Of a stretch of 64,000 bases of DNA, positions 54,209-64,000 are shown piece after piece (position 1 is the first letter of the stretch; each line of letters begins with the position of its first letter). The notes beneath the pieces are model-generated. The model saw only the letters and a program-made list of their open reading frames with translations. It was not told where the DNA came from and did not search any database. This stretch comes from Mytilus edulis (taxonomy: Eukaryota), in contig NC_092347.1 of NCBI RefSeq assembly GCF_963676685.1, forward strand, positions 99,138,001-99,202,000, read 5' to 3'. A program made the position numbers and the translations under genes.

Positions 54209-55075
54209 CTATCTAAATCGGCCTCCTCTGCGGTTGTTATAGTGTCTGTTGTTGTTATTGGGACGCTGTTGGTTTTGGCGGGATACAAGATGGAGTTCGT
54301 GGTTAAGGTCCTGAAGTTGAAAAGTCAATTGAGAAATCGAATCCGCTTGAAAATGTACCTTTGAACATAGGTCTGCCTTTTCTTTTTCCAATGCTTGTTT
54401 TTCATTTTTCAATGATTGGATTTCATCCGTAAATTCGGTTGAACGCATATAGTAAAGATCTTGCACCATTTTAACAGTCCCGTCTTTTTCGATTACTTGG
54501 TCCTTTAATTCTTGAATTTGATCCACATATTCCTGTACGTTTATGCGCGAAGCACTTTCTTCTTTCTGTTGACGCAGGTTTTCAAGTTCTTGCTTGAACT
54601 GGTCTCTTTCTGATACGATGATTTGCGTATTCTTTAATTGAATTTTGAGTGCCTCGATGCACTTTTGCTGTTCTATATTTGTATTCTTTTCCTTGAAAAT
54701 TTTCTGCTTCACACTTTTTAATTCTGTTTTGAGCACATTTGAAATATCCAAATATTGAATGAACGGTGAATTACGCATACCAGAGAATGGTAAAGCACGG
54801 ATAATATTTTTACACTGAATATAGCTGTTTATCCTAGCTGTATCGCGCTCTTTCTGTTTTCTGGATTTCACACTAACTGATTTACTTTTGCTGTCCTTTG
54901 TAACTTTAGAAAAACACTTACTAGAATAATGTCCGAATTTTCCGCACGAATAACATCTCTGATTGATAGAGTTACAAATATAATGTTTGTGAAATTTGCC
55001 ACACCTCCCACATGCTGGACTATAACCTGACTGGATGTTCCATGGTCTCCATTGTGGTCGAAAGCTGTACTCCAT
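54209..55075 (-). CDS. Gag nucleocapsid-like protein: two N-terminal CCHC zinc knuckles + long coiled coil + Asn/Arg/Gly-rich tail (288 aa)
   Basis: Intact intronless ORF with CGRCGKFHKHYIC (CX2CX3HX4C) and CYSCGKFGHYSSKC (CX2CX4HX4C). Roughly aa 115-265 are heptad-like and E/Q/K/L-rich; the protein ends NNRRGGRFR. Confidence 0.85.
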   Translation of the reverse strand: MEYSFRPQWRPWNIQSGYSPACGRCGKFHKHYICNSINQRCYSCGKFGHYSSKCFSKVTKDSKSKSVSVKSRKQKERDTARINSYIQCKNIIRALPFSGMRNSPFIQYLDISNVLKTELKSVKQKIFKEKNTNIEQQKCIEALKIQLKNTQIIVSERDQFKQELENLRQQKEESASRINVQEYVDQIQELKDQVIEKDGTVKMVQDLYYMRSTEFTDEIQSLKNEKQALEKEKADLCSKVHFQADSISQLTFQLQDLNHELHLVSRQNQQRPNNNNRHYNNRRGGRFR

Positions 55076-55183
55076 CGCTGAATATTGTCTACACTTCTTT
55101 TCTGGGGAACTCGCTTGGCTGCTTGAGGTCTCTGGATCGTGTGCTGAGCATAGAAGTCAGCACGCCGTCGTCGTCCACCAATC

Positions 55184-55860
55184 TGTCACCGGGGAAACAA
55201 GGTGACTTGTCGGGTGTGTAACAAGAGCCTGACTGAATAGCCTCTTGTTACTGAAACTGTGTGATGCACCTGATCACACAACGAACGATTGCTGTGAATA
55301 GCAATGAGAACTCTGGAACTGAAACTCTGGTGAAACCTAACTTTTGAGACTCTGGAACTAGCGATGAATAAACCAATAATTCAGCATGGAATACTAATAC
55401 TTTTATTACAGATGGACTGTGTTCAGTGTAAAGTCCTGAGTCCGAATCTTGCTTATAAAAATTATAAGCAAGTATTTATACACAATTGAATTGACAAGTA
55501 TAGACATAACAAATAACAATTAATTTGAGTGATATTGTTCACTGACAAAGATTAAACTATTTTTAGAACTTAAAGAATAGATATTAAATGATAATCTGAT
55601 TATGACAATTAATAACATACATTATGAATAAGGTAAAATGTCACTAATTAGGTAACAGATTGAAACATGTCACTCAATGTCCAAACTAAGAATTAAAAAG
55701 CATGTTGATTTTAAGTCCTGGTTATGAAATGTAAATAGAAACGAAATTATAAAATAAAATGAATTATAAAACACAGAGAATTAAAGTCTAAAATATCAAA
55801 ATTGAGAATTTTATATTAAAGTCCAAAATAATAAACGAAGCTGCTTTTTCCACTGTCACA
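55184..55860 (-). repeat. 5' LTR of the element
   Basis: Minus strand reads TGTGACAG...GGTGACA. TATA-like GTATAAATA at about 55481-55473 is followed about 70 nt downstream by AATAAA at about 55407-55402, consistent with U3-R-U5 order. Confidence 0.92.
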
Positions 55861-57210
55861 TATCCTTACTTTATCTATTGTTTGAGCAAGTCGGCTAAAT
55901 TAAGACTTTTAAAATAGATAAAAATAAAATAAAATTCATATAGTGAAAATGCACCGCATATACAATACTAATGAATCGCTCTACAGTGAAAATGAAAGTA
56001 TAGTATCATTATTCGACAGTAAACATGACTCGCATAAAGCAAGCATCATAATGGAATTTAGTTCAATATGAAGAAACTGAATGACAAAACCTATTCTACG
56101 TTATACAACTTTAATAATTGTGTTGAAATGAATATTTTTCTGCAACAACATCTTACTTGCTAGTTTTAAATCACCTGCACGATCTGTTCGTGAAATGTCC
56201 TAAATATTCACCTATTTCGGTATATATTTCACAGCTGGATGTCTTTAGGCGCGATAAAACCCCGTTCGCATCTCTTACATTGTCTTACTAGTTTAATTTA
56301 TTTCTAAACATATACATTTTAACTAATTTTCTTCATTTTCTTCAAAAATCAAAAATAAATCGTCTGTTTATTTATCATTCTACATCAGAAGTTAATGGCA
56401 TATACAGTGAAAATGATATTTTAGGATCCGCACTTTACATACACTGTGTCCAGCCTTTTCTGCATTGGATATATCTTAATTCAAATATCATATTAATATT
56501 TTACATGCACTGCCATCTCGCCAAAGGAAACTCGGTATGTGCAATGGTGCGTCCCTTTCAGAAAACTGTGTATGCAATGATAACCCTCAAAGGGACTGAT
56601 GGGTTATGTTTGCATTATTATTGCAGTAAAAAAAGAAATTAAGGTTTTAAAAAAATCACAGCTGAACCATCAAACTCTGGATTTTGCAAATATTTTAACG
56701 AAGAAAACATACTTGTAAATGCTTTGCGTTTATACAAATAAAGCGTTTGAACTTAATTTGTCTTCATTATCTATATATAGTAAAAACACACAGTGTTATG
56801 TCGATTTGTAATCTTAATGATTTTTATTGTTGTCTTTTGTACCGTTGGATTGCTGTCTCGTTGAGATCAATCCCACATACTTTTTATTCATATTGAAAAC
56901 CAAACCATAATTTTGGTCATGTAAACTCGTTGCATTACTCTTTTTTTTATTTTACACTTGATCGTCATTTGTACAAACGATGAGAAACAGTAAAATAAAT
57001 TCGGTGGTGTATATGTTATTTTATTTATTTTATTTATATACAGAATTTTTTTTTTATCAATATAGCAATACTATATCAATTTTGAAAAATAGAAATAAGG
57101 ACTCGATTTTAAGATATTTTTCACGGAACACTTTGTTTCAGTCTTTCTCTCTTTCAGTCGAAGTTCAAAACAACGGAGGTGTTTGAAAAATTATAAAAAA
57201 AAATAATAAT

Positions 57211-57712
57211 AACTAGACGTGTCAAAGCGACACGAATGGCTCCGTCTCCAAAAGTTGAAAAATCTGCAATTTCAATAACACATGTGGACACAAACATGAT
57301 GGTAGTCTCACATATAAAAAATCAGCTCAAATCTGGAGGCGTATTGAAGAAAAATCTGTATAACTGTGATTTTCAACAATTTTTAAAGTTGTAAACCCTT
57401 AATTGTGGCAAAAATTAGCGGAGCCGAACGAAACTGAAACTTGATCTGTAACTCACAAACCAAAAATCAGCCCAATATCTGAAAGCGTTTAAAAAAAAAG
57501 TCTATAACTATAATTTTCAACAATTCATCAAAGTCCAAAGCCCGTAATTTCGGCAAAAATTAGCGGAGAGGAACAAAACTTTAACTTGATCTGTAACTCA
57601 TCATGGTTAACTCACATACAAAAAATCAGCCCAATATCTGAAGGCATTGAGAAAAAAACTCTGTATAATGGTTTGTTGTGGAATGACGGAATGACGGAAT
57701 TTCGGAATTACG
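57211..57712 (+). mobile_element. Probable Helentron-associated (HINE/DINE-1-like) non-autonomous element
   Basis: AACTAGA start with short hairpin GTGTC..GACAC, about 2.5 copies of a roughly 150-160-bp core (AAAAATCAGCCCAATATCTGAA...AAAATTAGCGGA...AACTTGATCTGTAACTCA), then a (GGAATGAC)-type microsatellite. Class inferred from modular structure only. Confidence 0.5.
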
Positions 57713-58359
57713 GCCATTTATTATTCCTTGAAACGATGGAATTCGTCTGAAATGCTTTCCCGCCGATGGCGACATTATAATACACTACAGGTGACGTCAT
57801 GGATAGTTGTATGTTTTGACGTTCGATATCATCGGTTTTCGGTGGTAAGTTAACCTAATTTTATGATTTCTTTGGCAAAGTTGATGTCCGTTTGTTGTTC
57901 AGAACATGTAACAGTGGTTTACAACTCTTATTTAACGTCGGTCTTTGCACTTCTTTCGATCTTCACTGCTCACCCGGCCATTCTAGATCAAAGTATACTA
58001 CAGTTTGCCGCAAGAAAAGTGTTATTTTTTCCGTTTGTAAAAGAGATATAGTCATCTTTAACTGCTTTCCAAGACAATATAGTAAGTTTTCAAGTTTTCA
58101 AGGCACAGATCTTGTGAATTAAAATTTAGTTTATTAAATAGTTGTTTTCTATAATTTTCAAATTTTTTGCAATAGATAAGGAAATGTATGTTTAATTGAT
58201 TTAGTGTACTTAATTTCATATATGGATATATTAAAGTGTTAGGTGACCCCTTAGGTCATCTACTCTAGTATGTCGACTTTTTGTAAATAAGCCAAAGATT
58301 CATAACCCTAAACTGACCCTTGCAAATACAATAGTATGATATCTTGAATATGTGCATGG

Positions 58360-58580
58360 AGAGCGACGAAAGATACCAAAGGGATATTCAAGTACATAAG
58401 TCGAAATCAAATTGACAATGCCATGGCGAAAAAACACCATAAAAGGACCAAAGGACAAACCATAAAACACATAATAGAAAATAAAGACTGAGCGGCAACA
58501 CGAACCCCACCAAAAAAAACGTAATTTCAAGTGCTTCCAACAGCAGATCCTGCTCCACTCGTGGCAAAAGTCATGTTGCT
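58360..58580 (+). repeat. Dispersed repeat family 5 (GACGAAAGATACCAAAGGGA..GTCAAACTCATAA..GACAACGCCATGG)
   Basis: Related fragments at about 130-280, 9295-9365 and 17745-17830. Confidence 0.6.
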
Positions 58581-58649
58581 CATCCCTTGCTTACACGATT
58601 GAAGTTCGCTCTGCCGCTGAAAAATTATAAACAGCATCGTTGCAATATG

Positions 58650-59159
58650 AATGTGAATAACAACTACACAGACCGAACACCTGGCTGTGTCACAAATATG
58701 GTAAATAATCTAAAGTGGGAAAGCCTCGAAGAACGGAGGAAAACAAACAGATTATGCATGCTATTCAAGATCCAGCATGAACTTATAGATATAGACCGTC
58801 ACCAATATTTAACCCCGAATGATAACCGGACCAAAAGTAAAAACCGCTTCTTCCGAGAAAGAACAAGTACATACACCTAAGGCCAATCTTTCTTCACGAT
58901 GACAATCAGGGACTGGAGCAACCTACCAACAACAGTTACAGCGACCAACACCGTTGAGGGATTCAGAGCTGCCCTGAAGTAGGAAAAAACAGTTGAAAAT
59001 AATTTTAATTGTACATTTTTTGCGAACTTTTTAAATGTTATTTGTAAATGGCCAAGAGAAATCTTTCTGTGTTGCCCGACACTGCGTAAAGTTTTCGCGC
59101 CGATCCATTAACATTCAGCTTTGAATCCGGTTCCTTACCTGGAAGAAGAAGAAGAAGAA
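58650..59159 (+). mobile_element. 5'-truncated CR1/L2-group LINE 3' end
   Basis: Encodes NNYTDRTPGCVTNMVNNLKWESLEERRK..RLCMLFKI, an in-frame stop, then SFFTMTIRDWSNLP (typical post-RT C-terminus); ends in a (GAA)n tail at 59142-59159. Confidence 0.8.
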
Positions 59160-59296
59160 CGTTCAATTGGATACCCTTTGTTTGAAGAATGTCATGTTCT
59201 GCAAGAACACGTTAACTTCTATATGCATTTGATATTCCTCGACTTTTTACTTTTTCCAGCAATTTTATAAAACAGGAATTACTACTCTTATGACAA

Positions 59297-59438
59297 CAGT
59301 GACGGATCCAGGGGTCCGGGGGTTGGAACCCCTCTTTTTTTGGACGATCAATGCATTTGAATGGGGACATATAGTTGCCCCCCCCCCCCTTTTTGTCCTG
59401 GGTTTGCCCCCTTTTTAAAATGGCTGGATCCGCCCCTG
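59297..59438. mobile_element. Short GC-rich MITE with CAGnGnCGGATCCAG termini
   Basis: CAGTGACGGATCCAG ... CTGGATCCGCCCCTG imperfect TIRs; GACAA repeated directly on both flanks. Confidence 0.7.
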
Positions 59439-59889
59439 GACAATGTGTGTATATATCTAGCTAGGTTGGTCCCCTCCGTAAATGTTTAGTATGCCTTCAG
59501 AATTTACAAGTATTGTCGAGAATTTCAATCTCGACCGGGAAACAGACTAATATCTTGCAATCACCAAGTTTATTGTTTATAGTCATAATTTTATTCTAAG
59601 GTGATAATTTAGGTTACAAATTATAAACTTTAAGGTCGACTGCAGCTTTCAGTGATTGCACTGTTCGTTATCATAGAACTAAATGCAAAGTCTTGCTATA
59701 ACAGAACATTCAAATGTCTGTAACTTGTGTGACAAATGATAAAAACAGACAAAGAAGATTGACATTAAATTACTATGATTTATTAAAGTTGGAAAATTAT
59801 AAGTAGACTTAAGCTTCGTCTAGATATGTGGGATTTATAATGAATATGTCTATTGAGTATTGTCACTGTCAACTGGATATACATGTCTC

Positions 59890-59973
59890 CAATGATTTGT
59901 ATAGTAACTCGGAGACTACTACACATAACTGTGTTATAGTAGTCTCACGGAGTAACTAGTATACAAATCATTG
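59890..59973. mobile_element. 84-bp fold-back mini-MITE with 7-bp TSD
   Basis: Termini CAATGATTTGTATA / TATACAAATCATTG, inner arms GAGACTACTA / TAGTAGTCTC, and flanking ATGTCTC at 59883-59889 and 59974-59980. Confidence 0.75.
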
Positions 59974-62900
59974 ATGTCTCCGCTGATAAATTATTATTAA
60001 AAAAATCAAAATGTACGACTTTGGGACAAATTATTTCAAAATTACATGCATATATATTATCATAATGTCTATATCCTGATTCCAGCTATATATGAATTAT
60101 ATGTCTCTGATATAACATATACATAGCTACTTAAGGTCATATGTACTTTTATCTTTAAGTAGTCGTAAAACCGTGTCAAATTAGCCAATTTGATTGTTTC
60201 ACTTTTGTTTTATAAATTATTTGAAAGCTCTTAACAAAGGGTTTTAAGTTAATCTTACAACAATATTTCGTTAACATTTGTTTTTCATATTGTTTATGAA
60301 GACAGATGTCGTAAATTCATCGATTTACGTTAACATTATTTTTTGTTTACATGATTCAACATGGACGAACACTCGGACTTCACAAGTCGTATTTATATGA
60401 CAATTTCCTGATAAACGGTCACTTTTATCATGTAAGACCTTACTAAAGTCACGAGTTTCTGTTTAATTTAACATATATTGACAGTCAACCAAATTAGTAC
60501 CCTTTGCATAATATTTCACATTCGACCTATCAAAATATTTTATAGAACCAGATGGAACATGAATATTTTATGATTGTTGCTGAATACTTTATTGGATTTT
60601 GATGATTTGTTTGGGGATGTATCAGGTAATCGATTTCTTTGCCATGTAATAAAGGAACTTTACAGATTGTTGCATGTTTCATATTCAACAGATTACCTAG
60701 AATTTCTAACTTACAATTCCATTTTAAATATTGGTTTACAAGTCTGCTCTAATTAATAGCTATGAGATGCAATTGTAGTTGCAAATGTCTGAGAGGTAAG
60801 AATATTAGATATTATCTTCTTTGGAGGATTCAGAGTAAACAATAACTTCACAGTTTTGTGTTTTTTGGTCAATAAGTAAGTGTAATTATTTTGTTTTATA
60901 AATTTTATTTAATGTGATGAATGTATAAAGGGGAAGGGGGGGGGAGGGCAGGACCTTTTTTTCAGGACGTCGGGTGTTTTTAATCTCTGGATTTTTGGAT
61001 TGATCCTTTCGGGATCCAGGATTTTTTTTCTTTGAATTTTGATTTTGGGATGTCAGATTTAAATTTGGGACCTCAGGATTTAATGTTTTTAAGCCCGGAA
61101 TTTCGGGATCATGACTCCTCCGACCCCCTCTAATCCCTCCCTTATTGGGAACACCCTTAAGATCTGCAAGGGTTCAGTGGAATCCATGGGATTAAAGGTG
61201 GTGTCACTAACATTTAAATGTACTTGGACAATCCCCAACCCAACTCAAAGGGGGTGCTAGGACACTGGGAAAAGTCTCTTATTGAAGTAAGTACTAAGGA
61301 AGAACCACTAGTCTGCTCAGCTTGAGCTTGAACAGATAAACCAAAGAGATAGCCCCTGTAGCTTTCCAGATTTCGAGGTCAAAGTTAAGTACAACTTTAT
61401 GGAGGCCATCAAAGTTTAAAACTGGTCTAGGAACCAGAGAGGTGTGTGGGAGGGTGAAAATCACCCTTCTGATGTACATGGATTGAATTTTTTTAGCTTC
61501 AGAGTCAGAATTGAACCTGTGACCTTCAGCACTCAGATATTTTTTTACAAATGTTTTATGGATAAATGAAAGTAGTTTGTGGCACTCAACATTACCCTTA
61601 AACAGTAATAGAAGGTACCACAGTGTTCTTAGAAACCTTTTACAATCTTCCTACATAATTTAACCTGATTAATCCAGTCTTATATTACCATGATTACCAT
61701 CACTCCATTTCCTTGAAAAAATTAGTGGAAAGAGGGCGCTGAATTATTCGAGTTATGCATAATTATTCCAAAAGTAATGTAAACATGTTAAATAAATCCC
61801 CACCTCCTTTTTAAGCTGTTGATAAAAATTTGTGGTCAAATACATCATGTACATATTTCCACATAAATATATATGACGCATTATGATGTCAAGTAAAAAT
61901 ACATTTTGTAATAGAGCCATTATTACCTCCCTTGTAACTGTATTGTGTTTGATATTAAAAGACACTTACTTTTTTGTTAAAAGATATATTGAACTTCAGT
62001 GAGAGCAACTACAATATGTACATGTATCTCAAATTTGTCCATGTTTTTCTCTAACATTATTAAAAATACAACAGATATTTCAAATTGAATTATGATATCA
62101 AGTTCATCAATCCTTCACATGTTTTATTGGAAGAGCAGACATGACTTTGTTTACTAATCAAAAGATGAACATCTCATCAGAATTTTTTTTTAATAATAAA
62201 TATTTAACAACCATAATAAGGAATTATTATCTGGATACCATACATGTACACCATTCTTTATTTGAAAAAAAATAATAATACAAAACCTGATTTGAAATTG
62301 AATATATACATTGTATATATATTTATCCTCATTTGAAATAGAACACATATACATGTACATACAATATCTTCTCATATTTAAGTTTCAAGCACAGATTTCT
62401 TTTTATATCACATCACTGTTATTTTAAAAACACTTTTAATTTTGTGATATTCCTAGAGATATCTATTCACATGCTCATAAACACAATTCATCTTTGTCAA
62501 CATGGTCAATGTCCATTTTACGAATCATGTTTGCACATTTATTTTAAAAGCTGAATTTTAATATTGAACCTTAATCTATTTTACACTTTATTTAGTTTAA
62601 TAACACAGATTAAATTTCATTAGGAGTTAAGCTTTTAAGCTTACTGGTCAACCCATAATACTACCTGCATGGGTTTTAAGACTTTGTTATGCTAGCCTAC
62701 ATGTACATGTATTTCAGTTCTTGTTTCATGGTATGAATCACAAAGGTTTCTTTATAAAATTAATAGATAATTGTAAAGATTTGCTGACCTTTTTATAACT
62801 GTCAGCATCACTCAAAATCTTTAATATTTTAAGATTGAAAAATTATATAAAATATGTGATTTTTCTGTTTTGTTTATGAATTTTTTTGATTTATTTTAAT

Positions 62901-64000
62901 TGTATGTACATGTAAACTGAGTTTGTATTGGAGTTATCTCTAGACACATATATCATGGATATGGCTGTAGGTCATTGAACATATATTGTGAACTGTTATG
63001 TGGGCAAAGTAGTTGAAACATTTAAAAAGTTGTCAAGACATAATTACCTATAACTAATCAATTTTCACACTTAATGATTTTATCCTCTTTAAATTTCCAG
63101 ATTAAAACTTTTAAAGGTTAAGCTTTCTAATGTAGAATCAGAATTTAATGAAAATCTATTATCATGATTGTAATGAATTTGTCTGGTTACTGTCTAGGTC
63201 TTACTTATATCTAATTAGAAACTCACAATTTATGGTTTTAACTTCATAATAAACATTAAAATATGAGCATTGCAATTCGTTAATTTCTAAAGGTATTTTG
63301 AACTTAGTTTCACTTTAATGGTTAAATGGTCCATAACATTTCATACTCAATTGGATAACCTAAAGTGACTTTAAATATATATATTTGACCTTAATTAAAA
63401 AGGATTATAATATTTCATTTCCAAACTGAAAAATGTCTGACCTGTTGATTCAGTGCATGAATTCTGTGAACTTTTCCGACTACCGGTATCGACAGTGCAT
63501 TGGAATAAAATGTTACAAAAATGTATAAACATGTATCTAAAGGCAAAGTGAATGACAAAGTGTATTTCAGCTGTTTGGAATTATTTGTACTGGAAGTTTT
63601 TGAATTCCTAGATTATAGTCAAATAAAAGATGGGTTCTAATTTTTATTATTTTGATTATTGTGAAGAAGATTTACCTGAAAACATGGATACAGGGTAATA
63701 TAATAAATACATTTACACAAAATGATATATATTAATTATATATATCATGTATATATATGTGTGTGCGTATATATGCATTAACAGTTATGGTATTTGATAA
63801 TTATCTTGATTGACAAAATTCTCAAGCAAAACAATAGTTAATAATTATAGTGCATTGTATTATGAATTACATTTTACACACTGCTCGGCTAAGGATTTAA
63901 CAGTGTGATGAGAGAATTGCATCATAATGTTATTCATAATACAATAAGAGCTATAGTTCCTATGGGTCGCAAATAGTAAAAAAAAAATATCATAACTACA

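Larger units (their letters stand above)
53491..55860 (-). mobile_element. Young non-autonomous LTR retroelement (Ty3/Gypsy-derived, no pol), 2370 bp
   Basis: Two 677-bp direct repeats with TG...CA ends and no difference seen by eye. On minus strand a PBS-like TGGTGGACG begins 3 nt after the 5' LTR, and a polypurine tract GGGAGGAGAGG lies just before the 3' LTR. The 1016-bp internal region carries one ORF. No target-site duplication is visible. Confidence 0.92.

Noticed and set aside
54209-55075. Host gene (domesticated Gag or CNBP-like) or DIRS/tyrosine-recombinase element
   Set aside because: The ORF sits between direct TG...CA LTRs with PBS-like and PPT motifs; no RT, RNase H or recombinase motifs and no split or inverted repeats are present.
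60000-64000. ORFs 60574-60756, 61294-61479, 61753-61965, 62190-62375 and the GC-richer patch near 60930-61480
   Set aside because: No recognisable motifs or consistent exon chain; probably intronic/intergenic sequence with repeat fragments. Small exons cannot be excluded.

Overview
AT-rich, repeat-dense, intron-containing animal genomic DNA. The gene content and interspersed repeats look bivalve/mollusc-like (Mytilus-like is my impression, not verified). Left half, minus strand: a tandem array of three complete nicotinic acetylcholine receptor alpha-type subunit genes (alpha9/alpha10-like M2, vicinal Cys-Cys in loop C). I reconstructed them exon by exon from GT-AG boundaries and conserved exon sizes; predicted lengths are about 432, 451 and 460 aa. 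All three share unusual residues: Glu at M2 4', an extra N-terminal Cys pair, and a Trp-Gln in M3. Two have loop C Tyr->Phe. In three places an exon edge has been tandemly amplified. Right half: a plus-strand six-coding-exon gene (about 543 aa) for a type II membrane protein with TM, acidic Ser-Gly motif, mucin stalk, two Ig-like domains and a chitin-binding type 2 (CBM14)-like domain, i.e. a membrane-tethered VCBP-like architecture. There is also a small minus-strand single-pass membrane protein and a very young 2.37-kb LTR element. That element has apparently identical 677-bp LTRs, PBS-like and PPT motifs, no pol and no recognisable capsid domain, and one intact ORF with N-terminal zinc knuckles followed by a coiled coil. 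The rest is 5'-truncated LINE ends, MITEs, satellites and dispersed repeats. No prokaryotic features, rRNA, tRNA or CRISPR arrays were found. All coordinates were counted by hand.
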